DNA from: an uncultured Alphaproteobacteria bacterium
GTDB lineage: Bacteria > Pseudomonadota > Alphaproteobacteria > Acetobacterales > Acetobacteraceae
Direction of reading: 5' to 3'
Assembly (NCBI GenBank): GCA_963771475.1
Contig: CAVYTN010000023.1
Coordinates: 183,349-247,348, forward strand
DNA length: 64,000 nt
The position numbers were made by a program, and so were the translations under genes. A model generated the notes under the pieces. That model had not been told where the DNA came from, searched no databases, and saw nothing but the letters and a program-made list of their open reading frames with translations. How positions within the stretch are numbered: the stretch's first letter is position 1; the number at the start of each line of letters is the position of its first letter. Below, piece after piece: positions 32,042-42,352 of the stretch.

Positions 32042-33530
32042 TCAGTCCGGTTCCTGCGCACGAAACCGGCGGAACAGGCGCGGCACAAACGCGATCATGC
32101 CAAGCACTGCCAAGACCGAGCAGCCCATATCGCAGCGCCGATGTGTCTCCCGACGCGGCCGAGCGGCCGGCGTATCCAAGCCAGGTATAGGCGATCGCTC
32201 CCGGCAGCATGCAGACGAACGATGCAACGACATAGGCCGGGAGCGATATGCTCGTGAGGCCCAGGGCGTAGTTCAGCAGATTGAACGGAACGAGCGGCAC
32301 CAGGCGCATGAGAGCGACAAAACGCCATCCCTCCGCGCTGACGCCGTCAATCAGGCGACGCAGCCGTCCTCCGATACGCCGCGCGACCAAAGGACCCGCG
32401 ATGCCACGCGCCAGCAGAAAGGCTGCCGTCGCGCCGAGCGTGGCCCCTGACAAATTCCAGAGCGTGCCCCAGACCGGGCCGAACAGGGCGCCGCCGGCGA
32501 GGCTCAGGAGCGCGCCGGAAAAGAACAGCACCGTGCCGATCGCATAGATGACGACGAAGCCGACCGGCGCCCAAATCCCCAACGCACGCAGTGTCGGCTC
32601 AAGCGTACTGAGGTCGATGATCTCACGATGCCTCAGCAGCCAGACCGCCGCGATCGCCAGCAGAAGCGCGAAGCCGAGGCGCATCGCCATCTTCATGGTG
32701 CGTTTGGCCGGTTCGGCGGCGCTCCCGGAGGCGCCGCGCAGAGGCTGCACCAGCATGCGATCCAGCCACAGCTCCCGCCGATCGCGGAACTGGTCGATGC
32801 CGATGACCATGCGCGCATGGCCCAAAGCCGGCTGCGCGCGATATGTGCCAAACAGGCGATCCCACCAAGGGAGGTTGAAGCCAAAATTGCTGTCCGTTTC
32901 GCGCCGGTCGATGGAATGGTGCACACGATGCATCTCCGGCGTGACCACGAGGAGCCGAAGCACGCGATCGAGCCGTGATGGGAGGATGACATTGCCGTGG
33001 TTGAACATGGAGGTCGCGTTCAGCACGATCTCGAACACCAGCACGGCCAGCGGGGGCGCGCCGAAAACCACGACCGCCGCGAGCTTTATGAGCATGGAGA
33101 GGACGATCTCCCCCGGATGAAAGCGCAGCCCGGTGGTCACGTCGAATTCCAGATCCGCGTGGTGCATGCGGTGCAGCCGCCAAAGCCAGGGCACGGCGTG
33201 GAAGGTCACATGCTGACAGTAAATGGTGAGATCGAGCAGAAGCACGGCAGCGGGGATTGCGACCCAGTCGGGTAGCGAGACAGAATTGAACAGGCCCCAC
33301 CCGTGTGTTTGGGCGAGGAAGGCGACACCCACCGCGGTCAGCGGGAACAGCAGGCGCACAACGGCCGTGTCCAACACCACTATGCCAAGATTATTGGGCC
33401 AACGGAGACGACGTTCGACGGACTGCGGCCGGCGAGGCGCCAGGACCTCCCACACCGCCATCGTCGCCAGCACGCCAAGGAAGCACCCCAACCGAATGAC
33501 CGGCTCGCCCAGGAATGCGGCGTTCGGCAT
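32042..33530 (-). CDS. Sterol desaturase / fatty-acid hydroxylase fused to a DedA/VTT (TVP38) domain; one frameshift near 32115
   Basis: His boxes QHVTFH, HRMHH, FNH, HRVHH, then LAGGALFG, MRLVPLVPFNLLNY in the same frame. C-terminus ...RRFRAQEPD is in an alternative frame. Confidence 0.8.
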
Positions 33531-33689
33531 GCGAGGCTCCCATGGATGGGTTGGGGTTGACCAACTTTGACACCCGCCTGGCCAGCAAGACCCTGTGCGC
33601 GACCGCTCGGGTCAGAATGCCGGCGGGAGGACAGCAAAGGCTCCCGCTTTTGGGGTTCGGCGGGCCGGGAACCCGCCGAACTGCCTGGC

Positions 33690-34535
33690 TTACGAGGCCA
33701 CGACCCGCTGCGTCTGGATGCCCAGCCCCTCGATCCCCAGCCGCATCACGTCGCCGACCTTCAGGAACACCGGCTCCGGCTTCACGCCGATGCCCACGCC
33801 CGGCGGCGTGCCGGTGGCGATCACGTCGCCCGGATGCAGCGTGATGAAGTGGCTGACATAGCTGACCAGCTTCTGCACGCCGAAGATCATCGTCTGCGTG
33901 GAGCCGTCCTGGTAGCGCTTGCCGTTCACCTCGGTCCAAAGCGGCAGGTCCTGCGGGTCGGAGACCTCATCCTTGGTCACCATCCACGGACCGGTCGGGC
34001 CGAACGTGTCACAGCCCTTGCCCTTGTCCCAGGTGCCGCCGCGATTCATCTGATAGTCGCGCTCGCTGACGTCGTTGCAGACGCAATAGCCGGCGACGTG
34101 ATCCATCGCCTCGTTCTCCGGCACGTAGCGGGCGAGCTTGCCGATCACCACGCCCAGCTCGACCTCCCAGTCCAGCTTGACGGAACCGCGCGGCAGCTTG
34201 ACGTCGTCGTTGGGGCCGTTGAAGGCGGAGAGCGACTTGATGAAAACGATCGGCTCCTTCGGGATCGGATTGCCGGTCTCGGCCGCATGGTCGGCATAGT
34301 TCAGACCGATGCAGACGTAGTTGACCGGCCGCACGACGCAGGCGCCGATACGCGGATTGCCCTCGACCTTCGGCAGCGTGGTCGGGTCGATGCCGGCGAT
34401 CATCTTCAGCGACGCGTCGGACAGCGCGAACCCGTCGATATCGCGGACGATCTGGCTCAGGCACCTCATATGGCCATCGGCGTCCAGGATCGCGGGTTTT
34501 TCGGCGCCGGCAGGACCATAGCGCAGCAGCTTCAT
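33690..34535 (-). CDS. Fumarylacetoacetate hydrolase family protein
   Basis: CIGLNYADH, EPIVF.K, LDWEVEL, NDVSERD, WDKGKG.DTF, TGTP.GVG. Confidence 0.92.
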   Translation of the reverse strand: MKLLRYGPAGAEKPAILDADGHMRCLSQIVRDIDGFALSDASLKMIAGIDPTTLPKVEGNPRIGACVVRPVNYVCIGLNYADHAAETGNPIPKEPIVFIKSLSAFNGPNDDVKLPRGSVKLDWEVELGVVIGKLARYVPENEAMDHVAGYCVCNDVSERDYQMNRGGTWDKGKGCDTFGPTGPWMVTKDEVSDPQDLPLWTEVNGKRYQDGSTQTMIFGVQKLVSYVSHFITLHPGDVIATGTPPGVGIGVKPEPVFLKVGDVMRLGIEGLGIQTQRVVAS

Positions 34536-34571
34536 GGTTGTTTCCCCTTCAAGGTCAGAAAGTCTGACAAG

Positions 34572-35318
34572 TTACAGAGTCAGGCCGCCATCTATAACGA
34601 TAGCCTGTCCGGTAATGAACTGGGCATCGTCGCCGGCAAGGTATACCGCCAGCGCCGCGATCTCCTGCGGGGTGCCAAGCCGCCCCATCGGCTGGCGGGC
34701 GACGAAGGCTGCGCGCGCCGCGTCGACGCCGCCTGCGCCGCTGGCGTTCGCCTCGATCCGCTCGCCCAGGCTGGGCGTCTCGACCGTGCCGGGGCAGATA
34801 CAGTTGCAGCGGATACCGTGCGCCACATAGTCGGTGGCAACCGAGCGGGTCATGCCAACCACGGCGGCCTTGCTGGCGCTGTAGATGAAGCGGTTGGGCA
34901 CGCCCTTCAGGCTCGATGCGACAGAGGCCATGTTCAGGATCACGCCTTTGCCGCGTTCCAGCATCCCCGGCAGGAAGGCCTGCATGGTGCGAAACATCGA
35001 CCGGCAGTTCAGGTCGAAGGCGAAGGACCACTCGTCCTCGGTCGCCTCCAGCAACGTGCCCTGGTGCACGAAACCGGCGCAGTTGAACAGGATATCGACG
35101 GGCCCCGCAGCTTGGGCCGCCGCCTTGATCGCGGCAGGATCGAGCACGTTCAGCGCCGCGGTCGAAATCCGGTCAGAGGCAAGCCCGTTCAGCTTCGCCG
35201 TATCGACGTCGGTGGCGATGACGCGCGCACCTGCCTCGGCATAGGCGATGGCGATGGCCCGCCCGATGCCCTGGCCGGCGGCGGTGACGAACGCGGTTTT
35301 TCCTTGCAACGACGGCAT
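34572..35318 (-). CDS. SDR (2-keto-3-deoxy-L-fuconate dehydrogenase / BDH2-like)
   Basis: TAAGQGIG, FNCAGFVH.G, YSASKAA, CPGTVETPSL, RQPMGRLG; next to an FAH-family gene. Confidence 0.85.
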   Translation of the reverse strand: MPSLQGKTAFVTAAGQGIGRAIAIAYAEAGARVIATDVDTAKLNGLASDRISTAALNVLDPAAIKAAAQAAGPVDILFNCAGFVHQGTLLEATEDEWSFAFDLNCRSMFRTMQAFLPGMLERGKGVILNMASVASSLKGVPNRFIYSASKAAVVGMTRSVATDYVAHGIRCNCICPGTVETPSLGERIEANASGAGGVDAARAAFVARQPMGRLGTPQEIAALAVYLAGDDAQFITGQAIVIDGGLTL

Positions 35319-35500
35319 GGGCGCCTCCTTCCTTCCAGGCGCCCTGGTTTAAGCCATCGCCGTCAGCGGGTCACCCCGGCTAACTCCACAACACGACGGG
35401 TATGATCCGGCATAGGGGCGCCTTTCGTGGCGTGGTTGTGTGCTGGAGTTTGTTGACATCCTCACTGTAGGGGAGGGACTTGTCTCTGGGGCAGGCGCCG

Positions 35501-35742
35501 CCGTTTCGCACGGAGACGGTCGCTGCGCTCCCTCAGAAGGCACGGTGATCACGGAGCACTTGTGATGGGCGCCGGTGCGCGACGTTCAGCAGCGCCTGCG
35601 GCCCGACGATCCGGGCGGATCACCGCGGGCGAACCTTGTTTTATTTCAATGCCGATCAGCGGCTGCGAAGTTCAGAACGCTCCGACTCCGTGTTCACCGT
35701 GCCTCCGGAGGGAGCGCAGCGACTGTCTCCGTGCGAAAACGG
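35501..35742. repeat. Paired inverted CACGGAG-family arms
   Basis: Arms of about 55 bp at 35501-35556 and 35686-35742, nearly complementary. Confidence 0.85.
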
Positions 35743-35972
35743 CCGCCGGTGACAGCGGCAGAAACGGGAACAGTGGGCACGGAAGGCAAATCGGCAATCG
35801 AGGCTTAGGCGTGTCGTCACTCAAGCCAAATGACGGTAGCGGCTAGGTGGATGGGGTGGAAGTTTGCATGCGGTATTTTCGTACCGGGTAGCAATCGCGC
35901 TCTGCCAAGGAAATGGCCGGCCCCATCCGCACTTGAGTTCCTTCACTGGGGCCGCCGGTTCCAAGAGGGAAT

Positions 35973-36103
35973 CAACCGCAGATGAACACGGATGAACACA
36001 GATCGATGATGACGCGACGTGCGGCGGCCCAGCATGCATCTGAGTGCTATGGCGGCTTCACGGCGGTGCTAGCGTCAGGGCCATCCGCGTTCATCTGCGG
36101 TTG
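35973..36103. repeat. Paired inverted GATGAACAC-family arms
   Basis: CAACCGCAGATGAACACGGATG (35973) versus the reverse complement of 36082-36103, 21/22 identical. Confidence 0.85.
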
Positions 36104-36363
36104 TTTTTCTCTTTTAGGACGGACGAAGCCGGCGCCCAGTCCCTGCTGTGATAACTACTTGTCCTCAATCCATCTATCCGCGGCCGCGGCCATCTATCCG
36201 CCGCCGTGTTGCTGTTTCCGAAATCCGGTCTTTCGGCGGCAGCCATGGCTCGGTCAGAAGAAACAACCGCGCGCCGAAATCGACCTTCTTGCCGCCTTGC
36301 GCAAACCATTGCCGGTGTTGCAATCCAGACTAACCGACCCGGACCGATCTCTGACGACCAGCC

Positions 36364-37755
36364 CTAGGGCGTTGCACCCTCACCGAGATCCCACCAGATG
36401 CCCGTATAAGCGGCCAGTCCCTCGCGCGCCGGCGCGATCAGCAGGTGTTCGTCCGGGCCATGCTGCTTGCAGCCGTTGTAGGAGTGCGGAATCCACACCA
36501 GCGGCACGCCGAGGAAATCGACGAAGACATCACCCGGTAGCCCGCCCGAGGAGTTCGGGATGACCTGCACCCGTTTACCCAACGTCTGTTCCATGCTGCC
36601 GACGGCCCAGCGAACCCAGGGATGGCCCGGATCGGTGCGGCTCGCGGCCATGCGGACACCGGCCTTTTCGATTCGCACAGCACCGAAGCCCTGCTCGTCC
36701 AGATGCTGCCGCAGCGCGGGTTCGAACACCGCCGGATCGGTATCCGCGGTATAACGGATATGACAGGTGGCCCGCGCCGAGGGCGCCACGGCGTTCATCG
36801 GATTCTCCGGCCGGCCGGAGACCATCGCCAGCACGATGAAGCTGTTCCAGCCATAGATCTTCTCGGCCGGCGTCAGACCGGGCTCGCCCCAATCGGGGTC
36901 GATTGTCGCCGCCTCGCCGCCTCCCCCCACCGGGCATCCGTCCAGCACTGATCGGACCGAGGCCGGCACGCCGTTCTGCGGCAGCCAGTCTCGGACCAGG
37001 ATGCGCCCGTTCCGGTCCATGATGCTGCCCAGCGCATGCGACAGGATGATTGCCGGATCACTGGTCAAACCACCCCAATGGCCGGAGTGAACCCCGCCCG
37101 GACGAAGCTCCAGCACGAGGTCGAACTGAAAGATGCCGCGTGTGCCGGTGGCGATTGTCGGCACCTCGGGCATCACGCGCGGGCCGTCGCTGGCGATCAG
37201 CACATCGGCGGCGAGCCGATCGGCATGCGCGGCGACGAAGTCACGCAGGCCAGTGGAGCCGCGTTCTTCGCTCGTTTCCAAAACCATCTTGATATTGAAT
37301 CCAAGCTGACCGGCACGTTCGCCGATGACGGCCTCCAGTGCGGTCAGATTCAGCACGTGCTGGCCTTTGTTATCGGCGGTGCCGCGGCCGTACCAGCGGT
37401 CGCCTTCCTCGATCAGGGTCCATGGGGACAAGCCCTGGCGCCACTGATCCTCAAGGCCGCGAACGGTGTCGCCATGGCCATAGGTTAGGACAGTGGGCCG
37501 GTCCGGACCCTCCAGCCGTTCGGCCAGAAGGATCGGACCAAAGCCGGCAACGGGGTTGGGGTGGATCTCGACGGCGAAGCCCAGGCGTTCCAGCCAGGGG
37601 TGGATGCCGGTCTCCAGATAAGCCTGGACATCCGGGAGATGGCCGGGATCCTGGGAGGTGCTGGGGATCGCGACCAGCGACGCGAGGTGATCGCGGAAAC
37701 CGTTCGTATCGAACACATGCAGGGCGCGGTTCAGTGCGCCGTCTCTCGATGCCAT
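36364..37755 (-). CDS. M20 family metallopeptidase
   Basis: YGHGD, GRGTADNKG, SEE, SDG, HSGHWGG, QHGPDE. Confidence 0.92.
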   Translation of the reverse strand: MASRDGALNRALHVFDTNGFRDHLASLVAIPSTSQDPGHLPDVQAYLETGIHPWLERLGFAVEIHPNPVAGFGPILLAERLEGPDRPTVLTYGHGDTVRGLEDQWRQGLSPWTLIEEGDRWYGRGTADNKGQHVLNLTALEAVIGERAGQLGFNIKMVLETSEERGSTGLRDFVAAHADRLAADVLIASDGPRVMPEVPTIATGTRGIFQFDLVLELRPGGVHSGHWGGLTSDPAIILSHALGSIMDRNGRILVRDWLPQNGVPASVRSVLDGCPVGGGGEAATIDPDWGEPGLTPAEKIYGWNSFIVLAMVSGRPENPMNAVAPSARATCHIRYTADTDPAVFEPALRQHLDEQGFGAVRIEKAGVRMAASRTDPGHPWVRWAVGSMEQTLGKRVQVIPNSSGGLPGDVFVDFLGVPLVWIPHSYNGCKQHGPDEHLLIAPAREGLAAYTGIWWDLGEGATP

Positions 37756-37867
37756 GTCATACCTCCATCCGGACGGTCGCCGTCATAGAACAGCGGGTCG
37801 AGGGCGGGAAGGCTGCGGAGGTCGATGCCTCATCTCGTCAAGAATTTGGGCGTGATCCGCACCGCTG

Positions 37868-38220
37868 AAGGAAACCACGGAGCGCACGCTTCGCGGCTTC
37901 ACGAAGGACGCACGGAGCGCCATGGAGACGCTCGATCCCTTGGCCGGGGCAATCTTCACTCAAGAATTCAACGACGGTTGGCGCTCGGCAGCGCTAAAAT
38001 CATTAGACCGTGATGACCGGAGGCGGAATTGCCGGAGGTCTGAATCACCGATCAAACAAACACCTGGAGCAGGATGGCTGAGCGAAAGCGATGTCATCCT
38101 GCTCCAGGGCTCGCCGCCCGTCATCGACACGCCGGATGCCGACTGATCGCCGCCGCAACGCCTCCATGGCCCTCGCGCATCCTCCGTGAAGGCGCAAAGC
38201 GTCGGCTCCGTGGTTTCTTT
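37868..38220. repeat. Paired inverted CACGGAG-family arms enclosing a RIME-like element
   Basis: GAAACCACGGAGC at 37871 and GCTCCGTGGTTTCTTT at 38205-38220; right arm very similar to 12433-12498. Confidence 0.8.
38004..38107 (+). repeat. RIME-like bipartite palindromic element, copy 1
   Basis: About 105 bp: palindrome A, CAAACAAAC linker, palindrome B CTGGAGCAGGAT...ATCCTGCTCCAG; matches 44243-44347 and 51392-51496. Confidence 0.9.
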
Positions 38221-38247
38221 CACAACAGCCGAACGCCGCGAGGCGCC

Positions 38248-39458
38248 TCAGAACGCCGAAATCCCGGTCTGCGCCCGCCCGAGGATCAGCGCATGCACGT
38301 CATGCGTCCCCTCATACGTATTGACCGTCTCCAGGTTCATGACGTGGCGGATCACGTGATACTCGTCGACGATCCCGTTGCCGCCATGCATGTCGCGCGC
38401 GACGCGGGCGATCTCCAGCGCCTTGCCGCAGTTGTTGCGCTTCATCAGGCTGATCATCTCCGGCGCCGCGTCATGCGAGTCCATCAACCGGCCCAGCCGC
38501 AGCACGCCGTGCAGGCCGAGCGTGATCTCGGTCTGCATGTCCGCGAGCTTCTTCTGGATCAAGCTGCGTCGCCGCCAGCGGCCGGCCGAACATCATCCGC
38601 TGCAGCGTGTAGTCGCGCGCCGCGTGCCAGCAGAACTCCGCCGCCCCCAGCGCACCCCAGGCGATGCCGTAGCGTGCGTTGTTCAGGCAGGAGAACGGGC
38701 CGCGCAGCCCCTTCACGTTCGGCAACTGGTTCTCGGCCGGGACGAACACGTCCTGCATCATGATCATGCCGGTGACCGAGGCACGCAGCGAGAATTTTCC
38801 CTCGATCTTCGGCTGCGTCAGCCCGGCCATGCCGCGTTCCAGGATGTAGCCGCGGATGTCGCCCGGCATCGTCCTTCGCCCAGACCACCAGCACATCGGC
38901 GATCGGCGAGTTGGTGATCCAGGTCTTCGAGCCGTTCAGCAGGAAACCGCCATCGACCTTTTTCGCCCGCGTGCGCATCGAGGCCGGGTCGGAACCCGCG
39001 TCCGGCTCCGTCAGGCCGAAGCAGCCGACGAACTCACCGGTGCGCAGTTTCGGCAGATACTTCTCCGTCTGCGCGTCCGATCCGAAGGCGTGGATCGGAT
39101 ACATCACCAGCGACGACTGGACGGAGAACGCCGAGCGGTAACCGGAGTCGACACGTTCGACTTCGCGGGAAATCAGGCCGTAGCTGACATAGTTGACGCC
39201 GGCGCAGCCGTAGCCCTCCAGCGTCGCGCCGAGGAAGCCCATCTCGCCGAACTCGTTCATGATCTCCCGGTCGAAATGCTCATTCCGGTTGGCCATCAGC
39301 ACGCGAGGGAACAGTTTCTCCTGGCAGAACGCGTTGGCGGCGTCGCGGATCGCGCGCTCATCCTCGGACAGTGCGCTGTCCAGACGCAGTGCGTCGTCCC
39401 AGGCAAACGGGGTGAAGTGGCTGGACGGACGCTTGGCGGTGGCAACGGTGTCGTTCAT
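38248..39458 (-). CDS. gcdH: Glutaryl-CoA dehydrogenase-like acyl-CoA dehydrogenase, frameshifted
   Basis: [74 protein letters not shown]. Confidence 0.88.
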
Positions 39459-41428
39459 GCGTCGGTCTCCCTGTTCTCCGCCCCCGGAACACGCGCGCGC
39501 AGCAGCATGAAGGCGGGTATGTCGTCACCAAAGCCCAGCACCGGCGGGCCCAGGTCGTCGTCGCGGCGGAAGCGCTCGCGGCGGTAGTCGCGCGGTGGCT
39601 CGTCGCTGCGCACAGGCGGAACCGCGCGGCTCCGATGGCACGTCCTTCGGCAAACCTGGCAGGCGTGGCTCCGGTCCTCACGCCGCGCTTCGGGTTCGGC
39701 GCGGACACGATCCCGGCTTGCGTCCCTTGGCTTCCCTGGGCGGCCTGGCATCCCGGCTGGGCCGCTCACGGCGCTTCCTTCGGCTCCGCACCGGTCCGTC
39801 TTGCGCGCGTCGCCTTTGCGGGTGTCCGCCTTGCGCGCATCCGGCGCGGCGGATTTGCTGCCCCGGCGGCGCCGTGCGCCTTTCTCCGCCCAGTCGACGG
39901 GATCGAGGCCCTCGACGACCACGGGCGGGATCGGATGCCCGATCAGCTTCTCGATCTGCTCGACATGATAGCGGTCTTCCGGCGCGGCGATGGTGAATGC
40001 CTTGCCCTCCAGCCCCGCTCGGCCGGTCCGGCCGATCCGGTGGACGTAATCTTCTGCATGGATCGGCACGTCGAAATTGAACACATGCGACAAGCCGCCG
40101 ATGTCGATGCCGCGGGCGGCCACGTCGCTGCACACCAGCAGCCGCAGTTCGTTGGCCTTGAACTTCTCCAGCGTCGAGAAGCGCACTGTCTGCGCCATGT
40201 CGCCATGCAGTGCGCCGGCATCGAACCGGTGCTTGGTCAGTGATTTGTGCAGAATATCGACGTCGCGCTTGCGGTTGCAGAAGATCAGCGCGTTCTGCAC
40301 GTTCTCGTGTCGGATCAGCCGGCGCAGCGCCTCACGCTTGTCATGCTCCGCAACCAGCGCCAGACCCTCGGTGATGGTCGTGGCCACCGACGCGGCTCGG
40401 GAGACGGCGATTTCCTTCGGGTTTTGCAGGAACGCATCCGCCAGGCGCCGGATCTCCGGCCCCATGGTGGCGGAGAAGAACAGCGTCTGCCGGGTTTTCG
40501 GCAGCAGCGAGACGATCCGCTCGACATCGGGGATGAAGCCCATGTCCAGCATCCGGTCCGCTTCGTCGATCACCAGCACGCGGGTGTCGGACAGCAGGAT
40601 CGATGCCGCGATCGAACATGTCGAGCAGCCGGCCCGGTGTCGCGATCAGCACGTCGACGCCGCGGTTCAGGATGTCCTTCTGATCCGACATGCTCTCGCC
40701 GCCGATGATCAGCGCGTGCGTCAGTTTCAGGTATTTGCCGTACTGGACGAAATTCTCCGCCACCTGCAGCGCCAGTTCGCGCGTCGGCTCCAGGATCAGG
40801 CTGCGCGGCATACGCGCGCGTGCTCGGGAACCGGAGAGGATGTCGAGCAGCGGCAGGGTGAAGCTCGCGGTCTTGCCGGTGCCGGTCTGCGCCGTGCCCA
40901 GCACGTCGCGGCCCATCAGCACGAACGGGATCGCCTGCTCCTGGATCGGCGTCGGGTGGCGATAGCCCATGTCGTCGATCGCCCGCAGCACTTCCTCCGA
41001 CAGGCCGAGATCGCTGAACACCGCTCGTTCGGGTTCCGCCGGCGCCTCGGCTTCGTCCTCGGCGCGGTCGTCCCCGTCGTGGGCGTCCCGTCGTGGGCGT
41101 CCCCGTCGTGGGCGTCCCACGCCGCTTCTTCCTCGGCTGCTTCGTCGTAAGCGGCTTCGTACTCGTGCGCCGCGTCCTCCGGCTCATTATCCCCCGACAT
41201 CTCGCCTGCCGCTTCCGCCGGCCGCGACGGTTCGCTGTCAGAAGCCGGGGCCGCGTCCGTGGCCGGCGTATCGACGGAACCGGCTGTCACCTCCCCGGCC
41301 ACCGCCGTTGCCGGCGCCGTTTCATCCGATGCCGCTGCCGGTTCGATGGCGACGCTTGGCACCATCTCGTCGTCGGTGCCCGTGGCGGCCCCTGCGGCAG
41401 CCCTGGGGGAGGTCGTTGTGTCTGTCAA
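39455..41428 (-). CDS. DEAD-box RNA helicase (RhlE-like) with long acidic N-terminal extension, frameshifted
   Basis: [44 protein letters not shown]; probable TTG start at 41428. Confidence 0.9.
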
Positions 41429-41643
41429 TTCATGTCCAGTCGATGGCACGGATGAAAGATAGGCCGGCAACCGGTCGAGGCACCCGAAGGGTCGCCCGCA
41501 CCGCCGATATCCTGCACGAATCACGAAGCTGAGCCATGCGCCCGCCATCGTGACGCGCGCGGTATCGGGATTACAGCCCGAAAAGTCAAGGTTTGCCGGA
41601 CTTCACCCGAGCGGAAAATGCGGCTTCCGGTCCGCGATGCGAT

Positions 41644-42001
41644 GAGAGTGCGATCGTTTGAGGTTGCCCCGCCAGTGTGCAGCAACCTCGGACGTGAATC
41701 GCCCTCTCAACAAAGAGAGTGCGATCGTTTGAGGTTGCCCCGCCAGTGTGCAGCAACCTCGGACGTGAATCGCCCTCTCAACAAAGAGAGTGCGATCGTC
41801 TGAGGTTGCCCCGCCAGTGCGCAGCAACCTCGGACGTGAATCGCCCTTTCAACAAAGAGAGTGCGATCGTCTGAGGTTGACGCGCCAGTGCGCAGCAACC
41901 TCGGACGTGAATCGCCCTTTCAACAAAGAGAGTGCGATCGTCCGAGGTTGACGCGCCAGTGTGCGCGGCAACCTCAGACGTGAATCGCCCTCTCAAGCAA
42001 A
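41644..42001 (+). repeat. Tandem array of five ~71-bp hairpin units
   Basis: Units start at 41644, 41715, 41786, 41857 and 41928. Consensus GAGAGTGCGATCGTyTGAGGTTGC..loop..GCAACCTCGGACGTGAATCGCCCTyTCAACAAA. Followed by a single different palindrome at 42006-42047. Confidence 0.97.
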
Positions 42002-42352
42002 GAAGCCAGAAGCATGATCGGGTCAACCTGAATAGGTCATGCCCTGGCCCGCTTCGCACACTGCCGGGTGACAATGGATTGAATTTTGGCAAAAAGACAG
42101 ATTCCGCAGAAGTCGTTGCTCAGACACCATTCGATCGCGTAATTACGTGCCGGCAGTTCACAATTCGGGAACCCTTCTGCGGCGAATATGAACCTGCAGA
42201 CACGAACATGCAGGCATCATGAAACACGCCAACAGGGTGGCTCGGGCAGGATGGCCCACCAAAGACGACGCCGGGAAGACGACCCAGGTATGGTGACTCG
42301 GGGATGATCCCTCTGGCATGAAGACCGTGAAGGGCGATGCATCGGAACGCGT

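Noticed and set aside
41644-42001. CRISPR array or integron attC array
   Set aside because: There are no unique spacers or cassettes, the whole 71-bp unit repeats, RYYYAAC/GTTRRRY ends do not fit, and no cas or intI gene is in the window.
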